Notes: generated by a model not told the origin, from the letters alone. Shown: positions 38,284 through 50,455, counted from the first letter of the stretch. The stretch: 64,000 bases of DNA from an uncultured Gammaproteobacteria bacterium (GCA_963773065.1 CAVYZN010000026.1:32001-96000); one strand, 5' to 3'. Made by a program: numbers and translations.

Positions 38284-41200
38284 TTCTTTCTTTATGGATG
38301 AAAACCGACTACGACCTCGGCTGGGAAACGCCGTAATACGCGCTTCCCGCGGGGTGAAATCCGCCGAGGGCGCGCCGTTCACCCGCACCTCCCGCAGCGG
38401 CCCATCGCCGGGTGGCGCGAACTGGAAACCGCCGGGCGGCAATCGGTGCGCGCCGCCCAGGGTCAGGTGCAGGGCGCCGTCCGCCGCGCGGCGCAGACGC
38501 AGGTCCAGATGTCCATACCACGTCGGCAGGCCGGTGACCGCGATCTCACCCGCCGCGAGCCACTCACCGGGGATGCCGGCCGCGATGACCAGCGAGCGGT
38601 CCGCCTCGCGTTCATAGGCGAACAGGTCGCGGAAGACGAGGATATACTCGGCGCCGATCCAACTGTGCGGCAGGTCGCCCTGGTGTCCCGGCGTGCGCGG
38701 ATCGCGCCAGGCGATCTCGGGCCACTGGTTCCACGCCGGCGGGCGGCGCTCGGCGAGGAAGAAGCGCGCCAGTTCGTGGGCTTCCCGGCGCCGCCCGAGG
38801 CGCACCAGCGCGCCGATGATGCGGATCTCGTAGGGCGTGTAGTTGGTCCACGCCGCCTGCCCGCCGTGCATGGCGCGAAAGCGTTCGAGGAACATGGCGA
38901 AGGTCGCTTCGAGGGCCGCGGCCGGCAGGCTGTGGGCCTCGTCCACCAGGGTCAGGGCATTGGCGACGGCGGTCGGATCCGCATCCGCCCATTCCACCGA
39001 GCCGGGTAAAAAGTCGATGCCGCGCGTCGTCATGGTGTGTTGCAGGGAAGCGCAGAGCGTGGCGCGGAAGTCATCACGCAGGGCGGCGAGCCGGGCCGCT
39101 TCGGCAGTATCGCCCATGACCTGCGCCAGCTCGGCGGCGTCCTTGAAGCCGCGCAGCGCCCAGAAGTCGTCCCAGTAGGCGTGCACCGGCTGGGCGAGGT
39201 AGCCCTCGTGGCTGACCGACTCGGGCAACAGGCCGAAGCAGCGCCAGCCTATCCGGGGCGCGATAGTCGGGCGCGAGCCGTTGGCGGCGCAACGCCTCGA
39301 GGTACCCGACCGCCTTGCGCACGGCGGGCCAGAGGTCCTCGACCAGGCGGCGGTCGCCGCTGTAGCGGTAGTAGTCGGCGATGGCGAAGATGAACTCGCC
39401 GTGGCTGTCGTGTTCGGCGAGCCAGTCCGGGCCCTTGCGATCCACGCAACAGGGGACGTTGCCGTCTTCGGCCTGGAACCGGGCGTACCAGCGGATGAAC
39501 TCCCCGGCCTCGGCGGCGCACCCCATGCGCAGCAGGGCGGCGGCCATGACCGCGCCGTCGCGAATCCAGGAGCGGGTGTAGCGGCGCGGGCCGGGTTGCA
39601 GCGCGGCACCGTCGCGATTGATGAGAATATGGGCCGTCGCGCTGCGGCAGCAGTTGAGATAATCCCGCGCCGGCTCCGGCACGCGGAAGCGCACCGCGCC
39701 GAGCCGGTCCGACCACTGGCGCACGGCGATCTCGAACTGCTCCGGCCCCGACAATCCCGCCGGCAGAAGTTCCGCTACCTTGCCCGGCGTAACCGCACCG
39801 AACGGGATGGCCAGAAAGATTTCCTCCGCGGCGCCGCTCGCCAGGTCGAGGTCGAAGCGCAGTGCGGCGGAGGCATAGCCGAAACCGTCGCTCACCCGGG
39901 TGTCCGCCGGCAGCTCGCCGCCGGCCAGGTAATCGGTGATCGGGCCTTGGTCGAAGGCCGCGGCGCCGCAGCCGGAAACCGGGCGCAGCGGTATCACCGC
40001 CTTCGCGCCGTTGACCCAAAGTATGCCCTCACGGTAGTCGAGCTCGCGCACCGGGCTGACGCCGCCGAGGTCTTCGAATCCCTGCCAGGTCGGCGTGACC
40101 TGCAGCGGACGCACCGCGCTGAACAGGGTCAGCGCGCGCCGCGCGCCGCGGTTCTCCACGCGGTAGCGGACATAGAGCACGGCGCGACCGGACGCGCCGG
40201 TGGCGAAGGCGGTGGTGGTCAGCCGCAGATCGCCGCGCTGCCAGAGGGAGGATGGCAGCGGCAGACAGCCCTGCTCCAGGGTCTGGGTGAGGGCGGCATC
40301 GGCCCAGGTGAGCAGCTCCCCGTCCAGGTACAAAAAGGGTTCCAGGGAAAAACTGCCGCGATCGACCTCCAGCAGGCCCTCCTCGTTGAGCAGCGCCGGT
40401 ACCGCGCCGGCCGGGATGTCCACGGGCGTCCAGTAGGTCTGCTCGCGGTACAGCCACCGGGGGTAGCGACCGCGCGCGCCGTGACCGGCCACATGATGGA
40501 AAAAGGCGTTGAGGGAGCGCGAGAACTCGTAGGGCTGCACCGCGACGTCGATGAGGCCGGGGGATTGCGCGGCGCCGGCCCCGTCCACCTCAAGGCGCAG
40601 GTAGCGCGACGACCCCTGCGGCAAATAGATGAAGCTGTGCGCGCCGGCCGAGCGCGGCGCCGCGTACAGGGCGCGCCACTCGCTGCCGCTATCGGAGCCA
40701 TGCAACGCAAAACTTCGTTCCCGGGGCGCGGGCGTCCACTGCAGGATCAGGCCGCCGTACTCGCGCACCTGCCGGAAATCAATCTCCAGCCAGGCGCGGC
40801 CGGCGGCGGGATCGCCGCGCCAGCTCGTATCCGGGCGGCCGTCCATGGCGCAGGCGGGCGCGTGCCCCGGCAGGGCGCTCGAAGCCCGCAGCCGGGGCGG
40901 TTCGTACACCGTGCGATCCTCCAGGCGCAGGTCGGCGATCCAGAGCGTGCCCTGGCCGCCGGGGCCGGCGGCTACGGCGAACTCGATGGCGCCGATGTCA
41001 CCCGGTGCCCCGCCCCCCGCCGGACCCCAGGCGAAGTCGATCCGGCTGCTCGGGATGTGCACGTCGCGCCAATCCGCGGCGAAATCGAAGGCCGCGTCCA
41101 GATAACGCCAGACGTTGACGCCGCCCGGGTCGACGAGTTTGAATTCGAACTTGTTCGGCGGGGCCGCGCCGCGCACGGCGAAGTGGATGGCAAAGGTCTC

Positions 41201-41386
41201 CGGCAGGGTGAAGGCGCAGGGTTTGCGGGCGACCACGAAACCGCCGCCGCCCCCGAAGTCGAAGTCCAGGCGCATGGCCTGGCCATGGGGACCCGGCTCG
41301 GGGGTGATGGCGAGCTTCGCCTGGCCCGAGGTTACGGCCATCCAGTCGGAGAGGTCGGTGAACGCATCCAGCAGCCGGGTGTGCAT
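38230..41386 (-). CDS. Discoidin (F5/8C/CBM32) domain protein with C-terminal six-hairpin glycoside hydrolase domain; frameshift near 39245
   Basis: AMDG.PDTSW...WLEIDF discoidin; QPGPRRYTRSWIRDG, EHDSHGE, LPESVSHEGY, AYWDDFW, GDLPHSW; the true stop may be near 38292. Confidence 0.8.
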
Positions 41387-41612
41387 GGTGGCAACTTTAT
41401 ATTAAAGACATGATGGCGCAAACGGGACATCCGCCCGGGGAAGCGCCCGGCAATCGAACCGGGAATTCCCTCTCGGCGGTTTTCCATGACAAGGCTATAC
41501 TGGCTTCCGTCCGAAGTCACCGGTGCATCCGATCGAGCGTCGCGAATATGGCCACGAACCACCCCTGCAAGCGCGGATTTCCCGGTCAACCCGTCGCGGT
41601 GTCTCGTCCGGC

Positions 41613-43356
41613 ATGAACGCCTTCCAGCTCCCGATCAGCCGCACCATCCTCGTCCGGTTCGTCGAGATGATAAAGGGCCTCCTCAAGTCCGAGGTCGGCG
41701 GCAAGGCCAAGGCGCTGTTTGTGCTGTTGATCCTCTTTCTGTTCGGCATCAATGGGCTGAATGTGGTGAACAGCTACGTCGCCCGGGACTTCATGACGGC
41801 CATCGAGCACCAGAACATGAGCGGATTCCTCCGCTATGCCCTGCTCTACGTGGGCGTCTTCGCGGCCTCGACGGTCGTCGCGGTGCTGTACCACTACGCC
41901 GAGGAGCGACTTGGGACTCCTGTGGCGCAAATGGCTCACGGAACGCGCCATCGTGCGCTACCTGGAAAATCAGACCTATTTCCGGCTGCACGACGCCGGC
42001 GACCTGCCGAACCCCGACCAGCGCATCGCCGAGGACATCCGCTCGCTGACCTCGACCACCCTGTCCTTCGTGCTGCTGTTTCTCAATGCCAGCTTCACGG
42101 TGGTCGCCTTCTCCGGCGTCATGTGGACCATCAGCCCGCTGTTGTTCGTCGTGGCGGTCGCCTATGCCGCGCTGGGCTCCTTCCTCACCATCTACCTGGG
42201 AAAACCCCTGATCCGGCTCAACTACGACCAACTGGACAAGGAGGCCAACTTCCGCGCCCGCCTGGTGCATGTGGGAGAGAACGCCGCCTCGATTGCCCTG
42301 CTGCGGCGCGAGGGACGGCTCAAGGCGCGGCTGCTCGACCGCCTCGAGCAGTTGACCACGAATTTTCAGCGCATCATCCGGGTGAACCGCAATCTCGGCT
42401 ACTTCACCACCGGTTACAACTATCTCATCCAGATCATCCCGGCCCTGGTGGTGGCGCCCCTGTTCATCCACGGCCAGGTCGAATTCGGCGTCATCAGCCA
42501 GTCGGCCATGGCCTTCGGCCATCTGCTCGGCGCCTTTTCCCTCATCGTCACCCAGTTCGCGTCCATCTCGAGCTACACGGCGGTCATCGCCCGGCTCGGG
42601 GGACTGCGCGAAGCCATGGACAATGCGCGGCCGCCGGTCATTCCGGAAATCGAATGCTGCGATTCGTGCGGGGTGCTCGCCTTCGAGGGGCTGACGCTGC
42701 GTTCACGGCGCAGAAACCGCACCCTGGTCGATCGCCTGAACGTCACCATCCCCATCGGGACCCGTCTGCTCATCCGGACGCAAAGCGATTCCACGAAGCA
42801 TGTCCTGTTCCGTGCGACCGCCGATTTATGGGACAAGGGCGAGGGGCGGATCCTGCGTCCATGCCTCGACGATATGATGTTCGTACCGGAGCGGCCGTAC
42901 CTGCCGCCGGGGACGCTGCGGGAGGCGCTGCTGCACACCGGCCAGGAAAAACTGGTCTCGGAAGAGCAGATCCTCGCGACCCTGCATGCCCTGAACCTGG
43001 AATCCGTATTGAGGAGGGTCGGCGGAATCGATGTCGAGCGCAAATGGGGCGACCTGCTCTCGCTGGCCGAACAGCAGCTCATCGCCTTCGCCCGCGTACT
43101 GATCGCCGCGCCCAGCTTCGTGTTTCTCGATCAACCGAGCCGGGCCTTGAACGTGCTCCAGGTGAATGAGCTTCTGAGACGACTGCGCGAACGGGGCATC
43201 ACCTATCTGACGCTGGGCGATGACGACGACCCCTCCCTCTACGACCAGTTGCTCGAAATCGCCGAGGATGGCTCCTGGAAACTGACTCCCCTGCCTGCCG
43301 CCGCGGCGAAAGCGGACGTCGCACCCGCCCCGGGCGTGACGCCGTCGCCGGGCTGA
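41613..43356 (+). CDS. ABCD/YddA/BacA-like fused ABC permease-NBD with degenerate ATPase motifs; frameshift near 41912
   Basis: [48 protein letters not shown]. Confidence 0.85.
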
Positions 43357-43391
43357 GCACCCAGGACTCTGTCCCCCTACCCGAGGTGCCC

Positions 43392-44749
43392 ATGCCAAAC
43401 GCCACACCCTTTCCCGAAGGCTTCCTCTGGGGCGCCGCCACCTCGGCCTACCAGATCGAGGGTTCACCCCTCGCCGACGGGGCCGGGGCGAGCATCTGGC
43501 AACGTTACGCCCACACGCCGGGGCGGGTGGTGAACGGGGACACCGGCGATCGTCGCCTGCGATCACTACCGCCGCTACGCGGACGACGTCGGGCTGATGG
43601 CCGGGCTCGGGCTGAACGCCTACCGCTTCAGCATCGCCTGGGGGCGGGTGCTGCCGCAGGGCACCGGCAAAGTGAATCCCAAAGGCCTGGAATTCTACGA
43701 GCGGCTGGTGGATGCGCTACTCGCCCACGGCATCGAGCCCATGGCCACACTCTATCACTGGGACCTGCCGGCGGCGCTCTATGACCGCGGCGGGCTGGCT
43801 GAACCCGGACAGCGCCCTCTGGTTCGTGGACTACGCCCTGACGATGTTTCACGCGCTCGATGACCGCGTGCGCCTCTGGGTGACGCTGAACGAGCCGTGG
43901 GTCGTCGCCGTGGCGGGCTACCTCAAGGCGACAATGCCCCGGGGCACCGAAGCCTGTATGAAACGCCGCGCGTCGCCCACGCCCTGCTGCGCGCCCATGC
44001 CGCCGCGGTGACGGCGTATCGCGCCACCGGCCGTCACCGCATCGGCCTGGCGGTGAACCTGGAACCGCAGCATCCGGCCTCCGCTACCGCGGAGGACCTG
44101 GCCGCCGCCGCGCGGCGCGATGCCTTCATCAACCGCTGGTTCCTCGATCCGCTGTTCCACGGCGTCTATCCGCCGGAACTCCCGGACATCTTCGGCGCGG
44201 ACTGGCCGGGCTACACGGCCGCGGACCTCGCCGGTCTCCCCGGCACGGTGGATTTCATCGGCGTGAACTACTATTCGCGCGGCGTCGTCCGCGACGATCC
44301 GGCGGACCGGCCGGTACGGGCCGCGCGCGTGCGCCAGGACCACAACTCCCATACCGCCATGGACTGGGAGGTCTACCCCGCGGGCCTGACCGAGATCCTG
44401 CTGTGGATCAAGGGGCGTTACGGCAACCCGCCGGTCTATATCACCGAGAACGGCGCGGCCTTCGACGACCCGACCCCCGAGCGACGGCGAGGTACTTGAT
44501 CCGCAGCGCGTGGACTACCTGCGCCGGCATCTGCTCGCCGCCCGCCAGGCGATCGACCAGGGCGTCGACCTGCGTGGCTATTTCGCCTGGTCGCTGTTCG
44601 ACAACTTCGAATGGGCTCACGGCTATGCCAAACGCTTCGGCCTGGTGCACGTGGATTTCGCCACCCAGCGGCGCACCCCGAAGGAGAGCGCGCGCTTCTA
44701 TGGCGAGGTCATCCGCACCCGGGGAGGCAATCTCGTCCGCAGCGAGTGA
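43392..44749 (+). CDS. GH1 beta-glucosidase; several frameshifts
   Basis: [48 protein letters not shown]. Confidence 0.92.
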
Positions 44750-44979
44750 TCGCCTGCCGTCCGGTGCCTCGGCCCTTGCAGAGAGGAAGTACTCCATAGA
44801 CGGCGTCGACCCCGAGGAGACATCCATCGTTGTGTAGTTCGAGTGTGGATTATCGGGTACTCTAAACCGTGAAACCGCAATAGGCCGATGTGGCCTGTCG
44901 CTCAATACTACGGAAGCGGCCTACTACATTATTCGGCATCAAGTGACGAAGGCTGGTGAATCGGAGTACTCTTTCTACT

Positions 44980-45204
44980 ATGAAGATTGCTACTGGAAAG
45001 GTCGTTGGCGGTAAGGTCGTCCTCGAAGGCGTGACGCTGGAAGAGGGGGCGTCGGTCACGGTCCTGACTAGAGATGACGAAGGCGGCTCCATCCTAACCC
45101 CGGAGGAGGAGGCTGAACTGCTGCTTTCCATTGCCGAGGCTGATCGTGGGGAAACGGTATCCGTCGAAGAAGTGCTTGCGAAGCTTGCGCATCGTCACGG
45201 CTGA
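44980..45204 (+). CDS. Putative antitoxin
   Basis: Acidic 74 aa ending LTPEEEAELLLSIAEADRGETVSVEEVL, upstream of a RelE/ParE gene. Confidence 0.7.
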   Translation: MKIATGKVVGGKVVLEGVTLEEGASVTVLTRDDEGGSILTPEEEAELLLSIAEADRGETVSVEEVLAKLAHRHG

Positions 45205-45211
45205 GTAGGCC

Positions 45212-45505
45212 GTGGAAGTCCGGGTCACAAAGCGAGCGCAGGCGCAGATCGACAGCGCTGCCCTGTGGTGGGACCAGAACCGGCCTCTTGCGCCTGATGC
45301 CTTTGACGAGGAGCTTGCAGAGGCGTTTTCCCTTCTGAGCGTCGAGCCCGGCATTGGTGCACCCGTCTCGAACGCCCGGGTACAAGGCGTGAGATGCTTG
45401 CATCTCGCCCGAATTCACTACCCTCTCTACTATCGTGTGCGTGGTGGCCAAGTCGAAGTGCTGAGTCTTTGGCACACGAGTTGCGGCGCCGGGCCGTCTG
45501 TCTAG
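45212..45505 (+). CDS. RelE/ParE family toxin
   Basis: VTKRAQAQI, L...PGIG, YPLYYRV, VEVLSLWHTS. Confidence 0.8.
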   Translation: MEVRVTKRAQAQIDSAALWWDQNRPLAPDAFDEELAEAFSLLSVEPGIGAPVSNARVQGVRCLHLARIHYPLYYRVRGGQVEVLSLWHTSCGAGPSV

Positions 45506-45553
45506 AGTTGTGGCATGACTTTGCCACAAACTTCAGCCAATCTCTCAGGAACA

Positions 45554-45620
45554 GTAGGTTGACAAAGAAATCCCAACGCGCAAGCCGAATGTTGGGCTAC
45601 GCAGGCTCAGCCCAACCCAC
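45554..45620. repeat. GTAG-family REP doublet (left copy degenerate)
   Basis: GTAGGTTG...CCCAAC and TGTTGGGCTACGCAGGCTCAGCCCAACCCAC, same family as 14257. Confidence 0.75.
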
Positions 45621-45664
45621 AATGGATGACCTCGGAGGATCGGGGCGGACACCGATGAAACCAT

Positions 45665-45958
45665 TCATCGCGTGCGTTGAACCGCAGCCGAGAGACGGCG
45701 CCGTAGTGAATAACGGATCTTCAGCACCAGCATCGTCAGCGCCAGAACCAGGGTGATGCCGTTCGCGAGGATGATCGGCAGGGAGTGCAAGGCAAGCCCA
45801 TAAATCAGCCAGAGCAGCACGCCCACGCTGAACAAGGTGAACATGAACAGGGAAATGTCCTCCGCGGAACCCGTACGCCAGGTTTTGACGACCTGCGGGA
45901 CGAAGGAAATGGTCGTAAAGGCGCCGGCAAGCGCGCCAATGAGATCGAACGGTGTCAT
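45665..45958 (-). CDS. SemiSWEET (PQ-loop) sugar transporter
   Basis: TTISFVPQVVKTWRT.SAEDIS, LWLIYG, PIILAN. Confidence 0.92.
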   Translation of the reverse strand: MTPFDLIGALAGAFTTISFVPQVVKTWRTGSAEDISLFMFTLFSVGVLLWLIYGLALHSLPIILANGITLVLALTMLVLKIRYSLRRRLSAAVQRTR

Positions 45959-46230
45959 GGAAAACGCCTTCCTGCGTTGATTGTCAGCACGATGATACGG
46001 GCTCGGACAAAATCCAGGGCCGCATGCGCTGGCGGTTCACTATAGGCGGGAATGATGAATCCTGACAATGTCTGCATCGGCAGGAACCGGCGCGGCGCGT
46101 TATGGGTAGCGACCCGGCGGAATCTGACGAGCCCGCCGCAAGCGCTCTCATGGTCATGCACAACAGCCTCGCCAAGCGTGGCTCTCCGTATTATCAAGGC
46201 CACCGTTGGCAGAGCCATTTTGCGGGAGAT

Positions 46231-46331
46231 GCTCCGGGATGGGCTTGACGGAACCGTGTGCCGCCAGGACGGCGGCACGCGAGCCTACAGGGACGTATTC
46301 ACGGCGCGTTCCGGCAAGCCCATCCCGGAGC
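46231..46331. repeat. Hairpin-type miniature repeat element
   Basis: GCTCCGGGATGGGCTTGACGGAAC / GTTCCGGCAAGCCCATCCCGGAGC arms with an inner GTGCCGCC / GGCGGCAC stem. Confidence 0.7.
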
Positions 46332-46623
46332 GCATGGCATTGCTGTGATTGTATTGGTAACGGCTCGATTGGCGGGGTAACCAGCCACGCCCGACCGATG
46401 TGCATCGGGTCATTGATGGAGCTGCAGTTATCACTCTTCTTCACCGGGGATTGCTGCGATACCGGCCTGATCCGACCATCAGGTCCTTTGGTAAAGCATT
46501 GAAGTTATGTCACTCTTGTCTACCCAGGCGACGGCACGGGATGGAGACCGGGCGCCGCCGGGGCGGCCCATCATCGGCATGGCCGGCGGAACGCGCCATC
46601 CACCCAACACGCAGGAGAACGAT

Positions 46624-47982
46624 GTGACGGAGCAGACAGCAACAGTCCAGGAACATGAACGTCTGGACAGGGTATTCGCCCTGCTTGCCGCAAACGACAG
46701 CGAGGCTCTGCGCAGGGAGCTCGAATCACGGCATCCCGCCGAGACCGCCGATCTGCTCGAGTCCCTGCCGCCTGACGCGCGTCGCCGGCTCTGGGACCTC
46801 GTGCCGGAGGGCCAGGAAGGCGAGATTCTTCCCTATCTCGGCGAGGAAGCCCGCGCCGTCATCATGGACGAAATGGACCACGCCGAGCTGGTCGCCGCCG
46901 CGGAAACCATGGAGGTCGAGGATCTCGCGGACGTCATCGAGGAACTGCCGGAGGACATCACCGAGGTCATCCTGGACTCGCTGGACGAGGACCACCGCCG
47001 CCGCGTCGAAGCCACCCTCACCTACGACGAAGGGACGGCCGCCCGTCTGATGAGCACCGATGTCATCAGCGTGCGCAAGGATGTGACGCTGGCCGTGGTG
47101 CTGCGCTATCTGCGCCGCCATGCCGGCCTGCCGAGCCATACCGATACCCTGATGGTGATCTCCGATGACGGCACCTACCTCGGCAAGCTGCCGATCGCCG
47201 ACGTGGTAACCGGCGACCCGGATGACCCGGTCGATCAGGTCATGGAGCCCATGGCGGACTGGGTGCGCGCCGAGGCCACCGAACACGAGGTGGCCGTGCT
47301 GTTCGAACGGCGGGACCTGATCTCGGTCGCGGTCATCGACCGGCACGACCGGCTGCTGGGCCGCATCACGGTGGATGACGTGCTCGACATCATCCGCGCC
47401 GAGGCCGATGCCGTCATGCTGCACCGCGCCGGCTTGAGCGAGGACGAGGATCTCTTCGCCCCCATGCTGCCCAGCGCCCGGCGGCGCGCGCTGTGGTTGG
47501 GTATCAACCTCGCGACCGTCTTCCTGGCGAGCTGGGTCATCGGCCTGTTCGAGCATACGATCGACCAGATAGTCGCCCTGGCGGTGCTGATGCCCGTGGT
47601 GGCGAGCATGGGAGGGATCGCGGGCAGCCAGACGCTGACGCTCACCATCCGCGGATTCGCGCTCGACCAGATCGCCTCCGGCAATATCCGCTGGCTGTTC
47701 ACCAAGGAGTTCGCGATCGGCCTGCTCAATGGCGTGATCTGGGCCGTGGTGGTCAGCCTGGTCACGGCCGTCTGGTTCCACCGCTGGGGCATCGCCGCGG
47801 TCATCGGAGCGGCCATGATCATCAATCTCATCGTGGCGGCCGTCTCCGGGGTGCTGATCCCGCTGGTTCTGCGGCGCCTGGGGATCGACCCCGCCATCTC
47901 CGGGGCGGTCATCCTCACCACGTTCACGGACGTGGTCGGCTTCATGAGCTTCCTGGGGCTGGCGACGCTGTTCCTGCTGTAG
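46624..47982 (+). CDS. mgtE: Magnesium transporter MgtE
   Basis: HPAETADLLE, CBS pair, GRITVDD, SMGGIAGSQ, DPAISG, TDVVGF. Confidence 0.95.
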   Translation: MTEQTATVQEHERLDRVFALLAANDSEALRRELESRHPAETADLLESLPPDARRRLWDLVPEGQEGEILPYLGEEARAVIMDEMDHAELVAAAETMEVEDLADVIEELPEDITEVILDSLDEDHRRRVEATLTYDEGTAARLMSTDVISVRKDVTLAVVLRYLRRHAGLPSHTDTLMVISDDGTYLGKLPIADVVTGDPDDPVDQVMEPMADWVRAEATEHEVAVLFERRDLISVAVIDRHDRLLGRITVDDVLDIIRAEADAVMLHRAGLSEDEDLFAPMLPSARRRALWLGINLATVFLASWVIGLFEHTIDQIVALAVLMPVVASMGGIAGSQTLTLTIRGFALDQIASGNIRWLFTKEFAIGLLNGVIWAVVVSLVTAVWFHRWGIAAVIGAAMIINLIVAAVSGVLIPLVLRRLGIDPAISGAVILTTFTDVVGFMSFLGLATLFLL

Positions 47983-48050
47983 CCCGCATTTCTCACCGGG
48001 CGACGGCCTCACCGGTTACGCCACCCTTGCGGCCGTTGGACGCTGTGTCC

Positions 48051-49406
48051 TCAGGCGGGGCGGGCGCGCGAGGGCGCCCGGGGCGATTTACCCCGGGATG
48101 GGGGTGGCCGGCGATTGGTGACGCCGGCGGCGGGACGCCTGCCGCCACCCGCCGCATCGCGGGCGCCCGCGGCCCGGCTACCGCCCGCACCCGGTTTCGA
48201 TGAGCGCTGAGCGCCGCCGCGCGGGCCGCCGCCTTGGCGCCCGTTCAGAATCGGCTCCGCCCGGATCGCCGGATCCGGTTCATGGCCCGCAATTACCACC
48301 CGGGGAAGATCCCGTTTGAGCAGGCGCTCGATGTCACGCAGCAGATTGTGTTCATCCACGCACACCAGGGAGACCGCCTCGCCTTCCCGGCCGGCCCGGC
48401 CGGTGCGCCCGATGCGATGCACATAGTCCTCCGGCACATGGGGCAGTTCGAAATTGACGACATGCGGCAACTGGTCGATGTCCAGACCGCGCGCGGCGAT
48501 GTCGGTCGCCACCAGCACACGCACCTTCCCCAGCTTGAAGTCCTCCAGGGCCCGGGTGCGGGCGCCCTGGCTCTTGTTGCCGTGGATGGCCACGGCATTG
48601 ATGCCGTCGCGATCCAACTGCTGGGAAAGGCGATTGGCGCCATGCTTGGTGCGCGTGAACACCAGCACCTGCTGCCAGTTCTGCGAACCGATCAGAAAGG
48701 AGAGCAGTTCGCGCTTGCGCTCGCGGTCCACCGGGTGGATCACCTGCGAAATGCGCGCGGCGGTGGCGTTGCAACGGGGCACATGGATGAGCGCGGGCGA
48801 GTCCAGCAGGCCATCGGCCAGTTTCCGGATGTCATCGGTGTAGGTCGCGGAGAACAGCAGGTTCTGCCGCCGGGGCGGCAACAGCGCCAGGATCCGGCGG
48901 ATATCGCGGATGAAACCCATGTCCAGCATGCGATCGGCCTCGTCCAGCACCAGGATTTCCACGCGCGACAGATCCAGCGTCTTTTGCCCGACATGGTCCA
49001 GCAGGCGTCCCGGCGTCGCCACCAGGATATCGACGCCGCGCCGCAGCCGGTCGATCTGGGGATTGATCTTGACGCCGCCGAAGATCACCGCGGAGGTGAG
49101 CGGCAGGTGCCGGCCGTAGGTACGCACGCTCTGCTCCACCTGCGCGGCCAGTTCACGCGTCGGCGTCAGGATGAGCGCGCGGACCCCGCGCCGGCCGTTG
49201 GCCTGAGTCGGCGTGCCGAGACGTTGCAGCAGCGGCAGGGTGAAGCCGGCGGTCTTGCCGGTGCCGGTTTGAGCGCCGGCGAGGATGTCGCGCCCCTCCA
49301 GTATGACCGGTATGGCCTGACGCTGTACGGGGGTGGGTTCGCGGTAGCCCTGATCGGCGACGGCGCGCAATAATTCGGCCGACAGGCCGAGGGTGTCAAA
49401 TGACAT
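48051..49406 (-). CDS. rhlE: DEAD-box RNA helicase RhlE
   Basis: [47 protein letters not shown]. Confidence 0.93.
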   Translation of the reverse strand: MSFDTLGLSAELLRAVADQGYREPTPVQRQAIPVILEGRDILAGAQTGTGKTAGFTLPLLQRLGTPTQANGRRGVRALILTPTRELAAQVEQSVRTYGRHLPLTSAVIFGGVKINPQIDRLRRGVDILVATPGRLLDHVGQKTLDLSRVEILVLDEADRMLDMGFIRDIRRILALLPPRRQNLLFSATYTDDIRKLADGLLDSPALIHVPRCNATAARISQVIHPVDRERKRELLSFLIGSQNWQQVLVFTRTKHGANRLSQQLDRDGINAVAIHGNKSQGARTRALEDFKLGKVRVLVATDIAARGLDIDQLPHVVNFELPHVPEDYVHRIGRTGRAGREGEAVSLVCVDEHNLLRDIERLLKRDLPRVVIAGHEPDPAIRAEPILNGRQGGGPRGGAQRSSKPGAGGSRAAGARDAAGGGRRPAAGVTNRRPPPSRGKSPRAPSRARPA

Positions 49407-49696
49407 GTGCGAATGCTCCTGGGATGGCCTACCTGGAGCAATCGACTCCGGGACGGTCTAGGCGGTGTGTCGTTGGATGGGGTTCGAGGCTGGCCGGAAG
49501 GGTTACCGCGAGGTTCCGGCGTGGACCGGTGTGCGCCGTTACGGGCCGCAGTATAACAGAAGTCCTGTTCAAAGGGCTCGATAATCGCCGATTCCGGTTT
49601 TTATTTGTCACCACCCCTGTTATTGGTTCTAATACGCCGTGCACCGGTAACCGGCCCGGCCCAAGATTTCCCGTCCATCAACCCGCGGAGCGAGGC

Positions 49697-49921
49697 ATGC
49701 CAGAAAGACTCATGATACTACCGGCCAGGGATTCCACCGCCATCCGGCTCGTGCGCGTCCCCGAGGAGATCGAACAACACGAAGCCTACCGGCATGTGAC
49801 GGGGCTCATCGCCAGCGTGGAAGAGCGGAAGGCGGACTATGACTGGGAGGATATCGCCCCCACGCTGGAAGACCATGGCTTTGAACCCGTGGACTTCATC
49901 CTGGGCCCGGCGCTGGACTGA
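49697..49921 (+). CDS. Small hypothetical protein
   Basis: 74-aa ORF with RBS and typical codon usage (HEAYRHVTGLIA...ILGPALD). Confidence 0.65.
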   Translation: MPERLMILPARDSTAIRLVRVPEEIEQHEAYRHVTGLIASVEERKADYDWEDIAPTLEDHGFEPVDFILGPALD

Positions 49922-50190
49922 AACTCGCGGCGGCCCCCTGCTCTTCTGGAGCAGCACGCGGGTGCCGGCGGCCAAAAAAACACGACAATGCCAGGCGCGA
50001 TCGTGTATGATGCAGGCCGTGAACCGATCCTGTGAGGTCAATACAGCAATTTTCCCGCCAGGGTCGATACCTTCAATCTCCCGTTGCACGTTATCCAGGT
50101 CTAGCCAGAAGTCCCCTCCCGGTACCTCCTGTGCATTGCCTTTCATGCGCTGGGATTGAATTCGTTTTATTTTTTTACCAGAGGTTATAA

Positions 50191-50397
50191 ATGGCTACAG
50201 GTACTGTTAAGTGGTTTAACGAATCCAAGGGTTTTGGCTTTATCACCCCCTCCAATGGCGGTGACGATGTGTTCGTGCATTTCTCCGCCATCCAGGGCGG
50301 CGGTTTCAAGACCTTGGTCGAAGGCCAGTCGGTGAACTTCGAGGTCGAGAAGGGACCGAAAGGCCTGCAGGCCAGCAAAGTCACAGTACAGGGCTGA
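50191..50397 (+). CDS. cspA: Cold-shock protein
   Basis: [24 protein letters not shown]. Confidence 0.95.
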   Translation: MATGTVKWFNESKGFGFITPSNGGDDVFVHFSAIQGGGFKTLVEGQSVNFEVEKGPKGLQASKVTVQG

Positions 50398-50423
50398 CCG
50401 GGCTTTCGACCCGCATCAGACGC

Positions 50424-50455
50424 AGAACCCCGCGCCGCCGCGGGGTTCTTTTTTT
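50424..50455 (+). terminator. Rho-independent terminator after csp
   Basis: AGAACCCCGCG-CCGC-CGCGGGGTTCT followed by a T run. Confidence 0.85.

Noticed and set aside
34706-41413. Long antisense ORFs (for example 34706-36895 +, 39281-41413 +; also 17851-19662 +, 12406-14193 -)
   Set aside because: Shadows of GC-rich real genes on the opposite strand, with no motifs of their own
34787-44749. Programmed frameshifting or wholesale pseudogenisation of the glucan locus
   Set aside because: Single-base indels also hit pcm, the GlpD-like gene and the NYN gene, catalytic motifs are intact, and no consistent slippery site was seen; sequencing error is more parsimonious, though unproven
46440-46620. 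Metal-sensing riboswitch upstream of mgtE
   Set aside because: Only loose GGGGA...GAGACC similarity to yybP-ykoY; the conserved core is not recognisable and an Rfam scan would be needed
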